This document shows positions 8,797 through 17,130 of a DNA stretch of 32,000 nt, in pieces; the stretch's first letter is position 1; every line of letters starts with the position of its first letter. The notes under the pieces are model-generated. The model was not told the DNA's origin, searched no databases, and worked only from the letters and a program-made list of their open reading frames with translations. The stretch is from Candidatus Nanogingivalaceae bacterium (GTDB lineage: Bacteria; Patescibacteriota; Saccharimonadia; Saccharimonadales; Saccharimonadaceae). A program made the translations under genes and the position numbers. The stretch lies in contig CP072208.2 in NCBI GenBank assembly GCA_015257795.3, positions 540,001 through 572,000 of the forward strand, written 5' to 3'.

Positions 8797-10827
8797 ATGA
8801 AACACTTTAAAAAAATCAGCCTTAAAGGCTTTAAATTCCCACAAAAAGCTAAAACTCCTTTCGAAAAAATTACCTCTTTTTCTCGAAAGCAAAACAAAAA
8901 AATGAAAAAGAAATTACATAAATTGTTTAAAAAACACTTTTCAAAAAAAGCTCAAAAAAGAATTAAAAAATATTACAAAGTTTTTAAAAAAGTCGTTAAA
9001 AGCAAATCTTTCTTTTTGCTATTTTCGATATTTTGTATTTATTTTCTCGGAAAATTTTTAACATCATTTATTTTAGCGCTTCAGTTTGGAGATTGGCAAA
9101 AAGCACAAAATTTACTTTCGGAAAAGCCTGAAATTGCAAATTATAGCTCAGTCATAACTGTTTTACTCAGCTTTTTATTTGTTGGAATCTTTCGAAATTG
9201 GCGTATAGGGCTCGGTGTTTTATATTCGCTTGCAACCATAATTATGTACATCAACACTGAAAAAATGGCTTCACGGAATACTCCATTTTTGCCCGAAGAC
9301 CTTGCAATGTCGGGTGAAGCCGGAGGGTTAGCGTCAATGATTAACCTTGGCCGTTTTTTAAATATGATTTTAACTATTCTGGTTATCGTTTTTATCGCCT
9401 TTATTCTTAATAAAATTTCAAAAAGAATTTGGCATTTCAACCTTTCGAAAAAACAAAAAATAGCCATTTTCATTCCACAAATTGCAGTAATTCTAATTTG
9501 TGGTTTTAATCTCAACTCATACACATCTGAAATTCGAAACCTAAACGGCAAAGGAACCTTCGTTAAAGTTGAAAGCCTTAAAACTTCGGTTGATTTTACT
9601 AACCAGTCTTATAATTACCAAATAAATGGTTTTATTGTGGGGACAATTTCAAATCTTCAGGCTAAAACTCAAAAAGAGCCCAATGGATATTCAAAAGAAG
9701 CTGTTCAAAAAATTGTTCAAAAATATCAAAAAATCGCCGCAGAAAAAAATCAAAACCGCAAAGAGCTTAGCGGCGAAAAAGTAAATGTGGTCTATGTTAT
9801 GAGCGAAAGCTTTATTGATCCAGCATTAGGTAAACACCTTTACGATTATGGAAATACAGAACCAATCCCCTATACAAAAGAAATTTTAAAATCACAGAGT
9901 TCAGGCTGGGCAGCATCAAGTGAATATGGTGGCGGAACGGCAAATGTTGAATTTGAAGCACTTACTGGATTAAGTAATTTCTTTCTAAACTCAATTCCTT
10001 ACACCTCAATTGTACCATCAAATAAAGATACACCATCGGTTGTAAAAAACTTTAACGATAATGGTTATAAAACTCTAGCAATGCACCCATATAACCGAAA
10101 TATGTATCGACGCGAAACGGTTTATCCGAACCTCGGTTTTCAAGAGTATAAAAGTATTGAAAGTTTCAAAAATACTTCTAAACTAGATAATTCAAAATAC
10201 ATTTCAGACGATTCTGCTTTTAAAGAAGTTTTGTCAGAACTCAAAAATAGCAAAAAACCCGAATTCATCCATCTTGTAACCATGCAAAATCACATGCCTT
10301 ATGAAGAAAACCTTTACAACAAGAAGAATTTTAATGTTGAAGCAAAAAACGGCGGCAACAACGATAGCGCAAAAAGCATTCAAACCTATCTTGAAGGAAT
10401 TTCAAAATCAGATGAAGCGTTAAAAACCTTTTTAGCAGAACTTAATAAAATGGACGAGAAAACAATTGTTGTCTTTTGGGGTGATCACTGGCCTGGAATT
10501 TATGGCGAAATGTTCGATAAAGAACTAAGAAAAAACGATATCCGCCGAACTCCGCTCTTTATTTATTCGAACTTCGAAAAAGAAAAACAAGATCTGGGGA
10601 CTTCAAGCTTAATCTATAATCAACTCTTAGTATTAAACTCAATAAACACAAAACTCTCCCCATTCCAATTCTTATTAGCCGATTTGCGCGAAAAATATCC
10701 AGCGCTCACAAAACAGTTTGTCGATTCGAACGAAAACAGCGAAATTCTGAAAGACTACGAAATGATCGAATATGACATTTTAAACGGAAAAAAATATAGT
10801 CTTGGTGATTTTTATAAAATTAAATAA
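8797..10827 (+). CDS. LTA synthase / sulfatase-family membrane protein (LtaS-like)
   Basis: N-terminal multi-TM block plus an extracellular sulfatase fold (VVYVMSESF, GGTANVEFEALTG, HLVTMQNHMPY, FWGDHWPG). It has a very Lys-rich leader of about 70 aa. TGgTAAAAT ends 6 nt before ATG 8797. An internal ATG at codon 36 is an alternative start. Confidence 0.8.
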   Translation: MKHFKKISLKGFKFPQKAKTPFEKITSFSRKQNKKMKKKLHKLFKKHFSKKAQKRIKKYYKVFKKVVKSKSFFLLFSIFCIYFLGKFLTSFILALQFGDWQKAQNLLSEKPEIANYSSVITVLLSFLFVGIFRNWRIGLGVLYSLATIIMYINTEKMASRNTPFLPEDLAMSGEAGGLASMINLGRFLNMILTILVIVFIAFILNKISKRIWHFNLSKKQKIAIFIPQIAVILICGFNLNSYTSEIRNLNGKGTFVKVESLKTSVDFTNQSYNYQINGFIVGTISNLQAKTQKEPNGYSKEAVQKIVQKYQKIAAEKNQNRKELSGEKVNVVYVMSESFIDPALGKHLYDYGNTEPIPYTKEILKSQSSGWAASSEYGGGTANVEFEALTGLSNFFLNSIPYTSIVPSNKDTPSVVKNFNDNGYKTLAMHPYNRNMYRRETVYPNLGFQEYKSIESFKNTSKLDNSKYISDDSAFKEVLSELKNSKKPEFIHLVTMQNHMPYEENLYNKKNFNVEAKNGGNNDSAKSIQTYLEGISKSDEALKTFLAELNKMDEKTIVVFWGDHWPGIYGEMFDKELRKNDIRRTPLFIYSNFEKEKQDLGTSSLIYNQLLVLNSINTKLSPFQFLLADLREKYPALTKQFVDSNENSEILKDYEMIEYDILNGKKYSLGDFYKIK

Positions 10828-10845
10828 TTCCAATTGAAACAGATT

Positions 10846-10870
10846 AGCTCCTCGCTTGAGGGGCTTTTTC
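10846..10870 (+). terminator. terminator of the ltaS-like gene
   Basis: AGCTCCTC (10846-10853) pairs with GAGGGGCT (10858-10865), with one G-U and a GCTT loop, then TTTTT. Confidence 0.65.
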
Positions 10871-10890
10871 TTTTATGCTATAATTTACTT

Positions 10891-11490
10891 ATGAACAAGC
10901 AAATCCTACGCCTCAAAAATCAAAAAAAGAACGATTCAGTAAAAATTATTGCCCTGGTTGGCCTTGCTGGTAGCGGTAAAAGCACTACCACAGAATATCT
11001 TAAACAAAAAGGCTACCCGAGTGTCTACTTTGGGGGTGTAGTAATTAATGCTCTGAAGGATGCCGGCTTAGAAATTACACCTTCAAATGAAAAAATGATG
11101 CGCACAAAACTGCGCGAGGAATTTGGAAAAGACGTAATTGTTAATAAAATTGTCGAACAAATTCAAAAACTAATAAAATCCGGCCAAAAGCGTATCATCG
11201 CTGATGGGCTTTATACTTGGACCGAATATAAAATCCTCAAAAAGCACTTCCCAACCGAATTAAAGCTTATTGCACTAGTTCCGCCTAAAAATCTTAGACA
11301 CAAGCGAATTTCTGTCCGTCCAGATCGCGCAATGACTCTAGCCGAAGTTAATGATCGTGATTTTAATGAGATAGAAGCTCTCGAAAAGGGTGGGCCAATT
11401 GCGATTGCTGATTACTTCATCGTAAATAAAGGCTCTGTTCTTCGAACTCGCCTTAAAATCGATCGCATCCTTAAAGAAATTAATTTTTAA
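10891..11490 (+). CDS. P-loop nucleotide kinase, UPF0200 / dephospho-CoA-kinase-like
   Basis: Walker A GLAGSGKST and C-terminal IAIADYFIVNKGS, as in archaeal-type UPF0200 kinases. The tracked ORF starts at 10834, but that stretch overlaps the upstream terminator. TGcTATAAT (10876-10884) sits 6 nt before ATG 10891. Confidence 0.65.
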   Translation: MNKQILRLKNQKKNDSVKIIALVGLAGSGKSTTTEYLKQKGYPSVYFGGVVINALKDAGLEITPSNEKMMRTKLREEFGKDVIVNKIVEQIQKLIKSGQKRIIADGLYTWTEYKILKKHFPTELKLIALVPPKNLRHKRISVRPDRAMTLAEVNDRDFNEIEALEKGGPIAIADYFIVNKGSVLRTRLKIDRILKEINF

Positions 11491-11493
11491 CTT

Positions 11494-11526
11494 AAAAAGA
11501 GCTCTTCTTGTTCGAGAGCTCTTTTT
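11494..11526. terminator. bidirectional terminator between the kinase gene and argS
   Basis: AGAGCTCT (11498-11505) pairs with AGAGCTCT (11515-11522) around a 9-nt loop, flanked by AAAA and TTTT. Confidence 0.7.
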
Positions 11527-11539
11527 CTTGCTTTGAAGC

Positions 11540-13225
11540 CTACATTTTTTCAGGAATTTCAATACCAAGCAAGTCTAAACCGTTTTCAAAAGTTTTCGAA
11601 ACTTTCTTTAAAAGTGTTAATCTTGCTGATTTTTCGATTTCTGGCGCATCTGCAACGCGTGTTTTTTCATAATATCGATTCATTTCTCGCGCTAGATCAT
11701 AAAGGTATTTTGAAATTTTGTGAGGTTCTAAGTCGCGTGCAGCAATCTTAACCACTTCCGGAAAGGCCAATAATTGCAAAATTATATTCTTTTCAGCTTC
11801 GAAATTATAATTTTCAAAATCAACTATTTCGAAATTCTGTTCTTTTCGCAAAATATTATTTACACGCACGGCTGAATATTGAACGTATGGGCCAGAAAAT
11901 CCAGTTAACGCAAAAATATTTTCCCAATCAAAAAGAATATTTGTTCGCCTATCTGCAGCAAAATCTGAGAACTTAATCGCACCGAGCGCGATTTTCTTAA
12001 CATCTTCCTCAGAAACATCTCGCCCAGCCACAATTTCACGCGCACGCTCTTCAGCCTTATCGAGAAGTTCCTCCATCAAAACTACGCCTTTTCGTGAAGA
12101 CATTTTTTCACGCGTCCCATCTTCATTAAGCTGGTCAATCACACCAAACCAAAGGTGATACAAATCAGTTTTAATACCAAGTTTTTTCGCCATTGCAAAA
12201 ATTTGTGAAAAATAGAATTGCTGCTCAGCACCAACTGAATAAACCACTTTATCAGGAGCGAATTCTTCCTCACGGAACAAAATTGTTGCGAGATCATTTG
12301 TGGCATAAAGTGCAGCACCGTTACTTTTTTGAACCAAAAGTGGAACATCAAATCCATATTCATCTAGAGGAACAATCACTGAACCGTCTTCATTTTGAAC
12401 CGCAACGCCACTTTCAAGTAGCTTCTGTACTGCCGCTTTACCTTTTGGCGCAAAAAACGCTTCACCATACTCATAATCCGTTGAAATCTTAAGACGCGCC
12501 ATTACATCATGAATATGCTTTAAGCTAATCTCTTTAAACCTGTTCGAAAACTCAATCGCTTCTTTATCTCCTTTTTCAAGTTTCAAGAGCCACTCTTCTG
12601 CAAGTTTTTCGATTTCTCCACCTTCACCCTGTTTTTTCATTGCCGCTTTAGTTTTAATATAAACATCACCAAGCTCGTAAATTCCACGGCTAGCAAGTTT
12701 TTCTTCACTTGAAAACATTTTAAAGCCGACAACCCAAATACCAAAAGGTGTCCCATAATCACCTAAGTGATTATCTGTGATAACCTTCCATCCAGAAAAT
12801 TCTAGTAGTTTTTTTGCTGCCCATCCTTGATTTCCAGGTCGTAAATGACCAACGCTATAAGGTTTTGCCATATTTGGGCTTGGTCCATCAATTAAAGCTA
12901 ATTTCCCCTTACCTTCATCATTTGAACCAAACCTATCGCTAAATTCTTGACTCAATAATTTTTCAAGACTTTTTGCCGAAACTCGTAAATTCAAAAAACC
13001 AGGACCCGCAATTTCAACCTTTTCAAAAATTTCATTTTTCGAAAGCTCCTTTGCTAATTCTTCGGCAATTTCGCGCGGATTTTTCGAAAGTTTACCTGCA
13101 AGTTGCATTGCAATATTTGTTGCAAAATCACCAAATTCTGGCCGTGGCCGAGTTAAAGAAACCTCAATTTCAATATTAAATTTGTCCTTAATTAATTGGT
13201 TAATTATTTCTGCAACTTTATTCAT
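11540..13225 (-). CDS. argS: arginine--tRNA ligase
   Basis: 561 aa with a class I HIGH-like PNMAKPYSVGHLR, a KMSKS-like KMSSRKG and a C-terminal DALR anticodon-binding region (KYLYDLAREMNRYY). Confidence 0.93.
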   Translation of the reverse strand: MNKVAEIINQLIKDKFNIEIEVSLTRPRPEFGDFATNIAMQLAGKLSKNPREIAEELAKELSKNEIFEKVEIAGPGFLNLRVSAKSLEKLLSQEFSDRFGSNDEGKGKLALIDGPSPNMAKPYSVGHLRPGNQGWAAKKLLEFSGWKVITDNHLGDYGTPFGIWVVGFKMFSSEEKLASRGIYELGDVYIKTKAAMKKQGEGGEIEKLAEEWLLKLEKGDKEAIEFSNRFKEISLKHIHDVMARLKISTDYEYGEAFFAPKGKAAVQKLLESGVAVQNEDGSVIVPLDEYGFDVPLLVQKSNGAALYATNDLATILFREEEFAPDKVVYSVGAEQQFYFSQIFAMAKKLGIKTDLYHLWFGVIDQLNEDGTREKMSSRKGVVLMEELLDKAEERAREIVAGRDVSEEDVKKIALGAIKFSDFAADRRTNILFDWENIFALTGFSGPYVQYSAVRVNNILRKEQNFEIVDFENYNFEAEKNIILQLLAFPEVVKIAARDLEPHKISKYLYDLAREMNRYYEKTRVADAPEIEKSARLTLLKKVSKTFENGLDLLGIEIPEKM

Positions 13226-13279
13226 ATATTATATATTAACACTTTTTATAAAAAAATAAAATATGTTATAATATTTCAT

Positions 13280-15637
13280 ATGGATAACGAAAAAAAACTC
13301 AACGGATTAACCGCCGCCGAGGTTCGAAAAAGAATTTCACAAGGGCTAGTTAATGATTTTAAAATAGATAATAACAATAGCTTTTGGGAAATTGTAAAAA
13401 GAAACGTTTTTACTCTTTTCAATTTGTTAAATTTTTTAATTGCTATTCTTCTTGCACTTGTTGGCGCCTGGAGTAACTTAATCTTTTTTGTAGTTATCAT
13501 ATTTAACGCAATCTCTGGAATCGCAACCGAGGTTCGCGCTAAAAAGATGATCGATAAACTCAATCTGTTAAGTAAAGAAAAAATCACAGTAATTCGTTCT
13601 TCTCGTGAACAAAAAATTACACCCGAAGAAATAGTGATGAATGATATTCTTAAGATTTCTGCCGGAGAGCAAATTCCATCTGATGCCGTTGTTATTGAGG
13701 GGGTTGCTGAAGCAAATGAAGCTATGCTTACCGGTGAAAGCGACTTGGTCTTAAAAGAGAAAGGCGCAATTTTACTATCAGGTAGTTTTTTGGCAAGCGG
13801 CAACATCCTAGCAGAAGTTTCACATGTTGGAGCAGATAATTACGCCTCAAAACTTATGGTTGAGGCCAAAACCCATAAACCGATCAACTCAAAAATTCTC
13901 AATTCTCTCGATCGTATCGCTAGTTTTACTAGTAAAATTATCATCCCCTTCGGTCTTGCACTGTTTTTTGAGGCGCTCCTAATAAAAATGCTCCCAACTA
14001 ATCTTGCTGTAATCTATACATCAACACCACTCTTGGGTATGCTTCCGAAAGGAATTGCCCTCCTTACAATCACTTCATTGCTAACTGCAGTAATTAAACT
14101 CGGACTTCGAAAAGTTCTTGTTCAAGAAATGTATTCCGTTGAAACACTCGCTCGAGTCGATACGCTCTGTCTAGATAAGACCGGAACAATTACTGAAGGG
14201 AAAATGAAAGTTGAAAATCTATACAACCTTTCACGAAAATTTTCAGAAGAAGAAGTTAACACTTTTCTAGCGACTTATATGAAATTTAGCGAAGATAGTA
14301 ACCCGACAGCTCAAGCAATTCGCAAATATTCTTCAAAAACAAAAACCGATCTTAATGCTACAAATATTATCCCTTTTTCAAGTGATCGAAAGTGGGGATC
14401 AATGCAAATCGAAGGTGTTGGAACATTGTTTTTAGGTGCGCCCGAAATGATTTTTGGCGAAACTTTAAAGCAAGCGAACGAAGCGCTAAAAAGAGGATCC
14501 CGTATTTTAGCCTTGGCATTTTCGAAAGATGAAATTGATAATAAAAACATCAAGATGCCTGAAAAAATCTCAAAACTAGCCCTAATCGAAATCACCGACC
14601 CTATCCGTGAAGGGGCACGTGAAACACTAGAATACCTCCGCTCACAAAAAATTGACCTAAAAATTATATCTGGTGACAACCCTATTACTGTTTCGAATAT
14701 TGCCAAAAAAGCCGGTTTTGTAAATTTTGAAAGCTACATTGACTGCTCCAAAGTTAAAGATGCTGAGCTTAAAAAAATTGCCGAAAAAACCGCAATCTTT
14801 GGTCGAGTTTCACCGCACCAAAAGAAATTAATCATTCAAACACTCAAAAAAGCTGGTCGCACAACCGCAATGACTGGTGATGGTGTGAATGATATTCTAG
14901 CCCTGCGTGAGGCTGACTGTTCGATTGTAATGGCCGAAGGAGACCCCGCAACCCGTCAGATAGCTAACCTAGTTCTTCTAAATTCTGACTTTAACGATTT
15001 GCCAGAAATTCTTTTTGAAGGGCGTAGAGTTGTGAATAATATTGCCCGAATTGCACCAATCTTCTTTATCAAAACAATTTACTCATTTATTCTAGCGATA
15101 ATTTGTATTTTGAGCGCCCTTCTTTTCGATAAAAACCTACTTCTAGTTTTCCCATTCATTCCTATTCAAGTTACACTTATCGATCAATTCGTTGAAGGTT
15201 TCCCGCCTTTCGTATTAACTTTCGAAAAAAATATTCGCCCGGTTGAGAAGAACTTTATTAAAAAATCACTCCTGATGGCTTTGCCTAGCGCCTTAATGGT
15301 TGTATTTTCTGTAATCTTCGTACGAATTTGGGGTGCAGCAAATGGTTGGATTGCACAAGAAATCTCAACCGTTTCTTACTATCTTCTCGGATCAATTGGA
15401 ATGCTATCAGTTATTCGAGCATGTTTACCTCTTAATATTTGGCGAGTTTTACTACTAACTTGGTCGATCGGTGCATTTATTATAACCGCTATCCTATTTC
15501 GAAAACTCATCGAAATTAGCGTTCTTTCAGAAAGAGCATTCATACTCTATGTAATATTAATGACTATTTTTACAGCAATCTTCATTTATATTGAATGGTT
15601 GAAAAATCACAAGAAAAATGATACAATTAAAGCATAA
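13280..15637 (+). CDS. cation-transporting P-type ATPase (type II-like, HAD-IC)
   Basis: Actuator TGES (LTGESDLV), phosphorylation site DKTGTIT and hinge TGDGVNDILAL, with about 10 TM segments. The tracked ORF start 13196 would overlap argS. TGtTATAAT (13264-13272) is followed after 7 nt by ATG 13280 (MDNEKKLNGL...). Confidence 0.9.
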   Translation: MDNEKKLNGLTAAEVRKRISQGLVNDFKIDNNNSFWEIVKRNVFTLFNLLNFLIAILLALVGAWSNLIFFVVIIFNAISGIATEVRAKKMIDKLNLLSKEKITVIRSSREQKITPEEIVMNDILKISAGEQIPSDAVVIEGVAEANEAMLTGESDLVLKEKGAILLSGSFLASGNILAEVSHVGADNYASKLMVEAKTHKPINSKILNSLDRIASFTSKIIIPFGLALFFEALLIKMLPTNLAVIYTSTPLLGMLPKGIALLTITSLLTAVIKLGLRKVLVQEMYSVETLARVDTLCLDKTGTITEGKMKVENLYNLSRKFSEEEVNTFLATYMKFSEDSNPTAQAIRKYSSKTKTDLNATNIIPFSSDRKWGSMQIEGVGTLFLGAPEMIFGETLKQANEALKRGSRILALAFSKDEIDNKNIKMPEKISKLALIEITDPIREGARETLEYLRSQKIDLKIISGDNPITVSNIAKKAGFVNFESYIDCSKVKDAELKKIAEKTAIFGRVSPHQKKLIIQTLKKAGRTTAMTGDGVNDILALREADCSIVMAEGDPATRQIANLVLLNSDFNDLPEILFEGRRVVNNIARIAPIFFIKTIYSFILAIICILSALLFDKNLLLVFPFIPIQVTLIDQFVEGFPPFVLTFEKNIRPVEKNFIKKSLLMALPSALMVVFSVIFVRIWGAANGWIAQEISTVSYYLLGSIGMLSVIRACLPLNIWRVLLLTWSIGAFIITAILFRKLIEISVLSERAFILYVILMTIFTAIFIYIEWLKNHKKNDTIKA

Positions 15638-15661
15638 ACTGAATAAAAGGAGTATCTGATA

Positions 15662-16015
15662 ATGACAATTGACCAACAGTTTGTTGAGTATATCGTTAAA
15701 AATTTAGTTGAAAATCCTGAAGACGTTAAAGTTGAACGAACAATCGACGAAAAAGGTGTTTTACTAACTCTTAGCGTAAATAAAGAAGACCTAGGTAGAA
15801 TCATCGGTCGTCGAGGTGCAACCGCACAAAGCCTTAGAGCCCTTCTCCGCGCATTAGCTCTAAAAAATAATGCTCACTACAATCTAAAAATCAGCGATAG
15901 TGAAGAAAAGAATGAAGCTGTGGAAAACACAACAGATGAAGCTGTGGAAAACAAAAGCACTTTCGCAGATCAGACAAGAAAAGAGCTTGCAGAACTAGAC
16001 GATATTGCGTTATAA
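15662..16015 (+). CDS. khpA: KH-domain RNA-binding protein (UPF0109/KhpA-like) with an acidic C-terminal tail
   Basis: The N-terminal 80 aa match the small KH protein usually encoded beside rpsP/rimM/trmD (GxxG: LGRIIGRRGATAQSLRAL). SD AAAGGAG lies upstream. Confidence 0.75.
   Translation: MTIDQQFVEYIVKNLVENPEDVKVERTIDEKGVLLTLSVNKEDLGRIIGRRGATAQSLRALLRALALKNNAHYNLKISDSEEKNEAVENTTDEAVENKSTFADQTRKELAELDDIAL
15914..15953 (+). repeat. 24-bp tandem duplication inside the KH gene tail (EAVENTTD / EAVENKST)
   Basis: GAAGCTGTGGAAAACA occurs at 15914-15929 and again at 15938-15953. Confidence 0.7.
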
Positions 16016-16020
16016 TATAA

Positions 16021-16170
16021 ACAGTTCAATTTGAAACTTGTAAGTGGAGTTTCAAGTTTCGAAAGAACTGTGGAAACAAAAAAGTCAAAGCTCTATGCGA
16101 GCAAACTAAAGGAAAGTTTGAGAGCTTATACTTGTTAAAAATCCAGCCGATATACTGTGGCTGGATTTTT
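16021..16170 (+). ncRNA. candidate structured 3' UTR or small RNA, terminator-ended
   Basis: Nested hairpins: 16021-16027/16065-16071 enclosing two mutually exclusive 8-bp helices, then 16088-16094/16121-16127 with inner 16102-16107/16115-16120, then a terminator. I recognise no family. Confidence 0.25.
16137..16170 (+). terminator. rho-independent terminator upstream of trmD
   Basis: ATCCAGCC (16141-16148) pairs with GGCTGGAT (16159-16166). The helix can be extended by an A-run/T-run, and a T-run follows. Confidence 0.7.
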
Positions 16171-16217
16171 AGTTCCCTATTTTTGCAAAAACAATAAAAA
16201 AATGCTAAAATATAGTA

Positions 16218-16859
16218 ATGAAAATTCAAGTTATCACTCTTTTCCCCGAAATGTTTGAACCAGTCCTAAATAACGCCATGATATGGAAAGCACAAAAACA
16301 AGGAGTGGTTTCTTTCGAAATTATTAATCTTCGAAACTTTGGAATTGGCCCTCGAAAACAAGTTGATGATATTCCCTATGGCGGTGGAGATGGCATGCTT
16401 TTAAAACCTGAGCCCTTGTTTGAAGCTATAGAATTCGCAAAAAAGAAAACACCAAATGCAAAAATTATCGCAATGACGCCAAGTGAAAATATTTGGTGTC
16501 AAGAAAAAGCTCAAGAAAAAGCAGCCACGCATGAAGATTTAATTATTCTATGTGGTAGATATGAAGGTTTTGACTCACGTATTTTTGAAATTGTTGATGA
16601 AAAAATTAGCGTAGGAAAGTTTATTTTAACTGGTGGCGAAATTCCAGCAATGATAGTCATTGATAGTATTGTGCGGCTAATTCCTGGTGTTCTTGGCGGC
16701 GAAAAATCAGCTGAAATCGAAAGTTATTCCGATGGCGACAATTTGGAGTTTCCTCAATTTACACGCCCAGCAAATTTTAGAGGTATGGAGGTTCCCGAAG
16801 TTCTATTGAGCGGTCATCATGCTAAAATAGACGAGTGGCGAAAAAAATATTCAAAATAG
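16218..16859 (+). CDS. trmD: tRNA (guanine37-N1)-methyltransferase
   Basis: 213 aa with GRYEGFDSRI and the SPOUT knot LTGGEIPAMIVIDSIVRLIPGVLG. TGcTAAAAT (16203-16211) ends 6 nt before the ATG. Confidence 0.92.
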   Translation: MKIQVITLFPEMFEPVLNNAMIWKAQKQGVVSFEIINLRNFGIGPRKQVDDIPYGGGDGMLLKPEPLFEAIEFAKKKTPNAKIIAMTPSENIWCQEKAQEKAATHEDLIILCGRYEGFDSRIFEIVDEKISVGKFILTGGEIPAMIVIDSIVRLIPGVLGGEKSAEIESYSDGDNLEFPQFTRPANFRGMEVPEVLLSGHHAKIDEWRKKYSK

Positions 16860-16869
16860 TATTTTCTTC

Positions 16870-16898
16870 TTGATTTTTCAAAGAATATACGCTATAAT
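16870..16898 (+). promoter_or_regulatory. promoter of tRNA-Pro
   Basis: TTGATT (16870-16875), 17-nt spacer ending in TGC, then TATAAT (16893-16898). Confidence 0.65.
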
Positions 16899-16921
16899 GG
16901 TTGTATATTTCGAGTGAATCT

Positions 16922-16998
16922 CGGGGTGTGGCGCAGTTGGCTAGCGCGCGCGGTTTGGGACCGTGAGGTCGAAGGTTCGAGTCCTTTCACCCCGACCA
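16922..16998 (+). tRNA. tRNA-Pro (anticodon UGG), CCA encoded
   Basis: Hand-folded cloverleaf: acceptor CGGGGTG/CACCCCG, anticodon arm CGCGG-TTTGGGA-CCGTG, T-loop TTCGAGT, G36-G37 present. Confidence 0.9.
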
Positions 16999-17011
16999 TA
17001 GAAATTATATA

Positions 17012-17043
17012 ATGAGCATGCTTCATAAGGTGCTCATTTTTTT
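17012..17043 (+). terminator. tRNA-Pro terminator
   Basis: ATGAGCA (17012-17018) pairs with TGCTCAT (17031-17037), followed by a T-run. Confidence 0.65.
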
Positions 17044-17060
17044 ATATTTATAACACAGTA

Positions 17061-17089
17061 TTGACATTTATAAAAGTTTATGCTATAAT
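17061..17089 (+). promoter_or_regulatory. consensus sigma70 promoter of arcC
   Basis: TTGACA (17061-17066), 17-nt spacer ending in TGC, then TATAAT (17084-17089). A leader of about 35 nt carries a weak SD, AAGGA. Confidence 0.75.
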
Positions 17090-17130
17090 TCAAGAACAAG
17101 TATTGAAAAATAAAAAAGGAAAAAATAAAT

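Noticed and set aside
8676-8897. 73-aa minus-strand ORF spanning the greA start and the ltaS-like start.
   Set aside because: It overlaps the greA N-terminus, the divergent promoter region and the ltaS-like start, and I see no start signals for it.
13276-13806. Long antisense ORFs inside well-supported genes: 13276-13806 and 14311-14706 in the ATPase gene, 9141-9551 in the ltaS-like gene, 23941-24360 in comEC, 22646-22930 and 22010-22225 in murT, 2286-2576 in pheT, and 12193-12492 in argS.
   Set aside because: Each lies fully within a gene whose product carries strong family motifs. Their translations are low-complexity with no recognisable motifs, so they are shadow ORFs.
15914-16084. The EAVEN-coding 24-bp repeat as a hypervariable or contingency locus.
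   Set aside because: There are only two clean copies plus one degenerate, non-coding look-alike, and no homopolymer or slippage-prone unit. It is most simply a small in-frame duplication in a disordered tail.
16016-16217. Degraded rimM between the KH gene and trmD.
   Set aside because: The gap is only 202 bp, has stops in all frames, and shows no RimM-like peptide in my translation.
16026-16229. 67-aa minus-strand ORF in the KH-trmD gap.
   Set aside because: It runs through a plus-strand terminator and the trmD promoter and start, has no SD or promoter, and its composition is implausible. The gap is better explained by RNA structure and regulatory signals.
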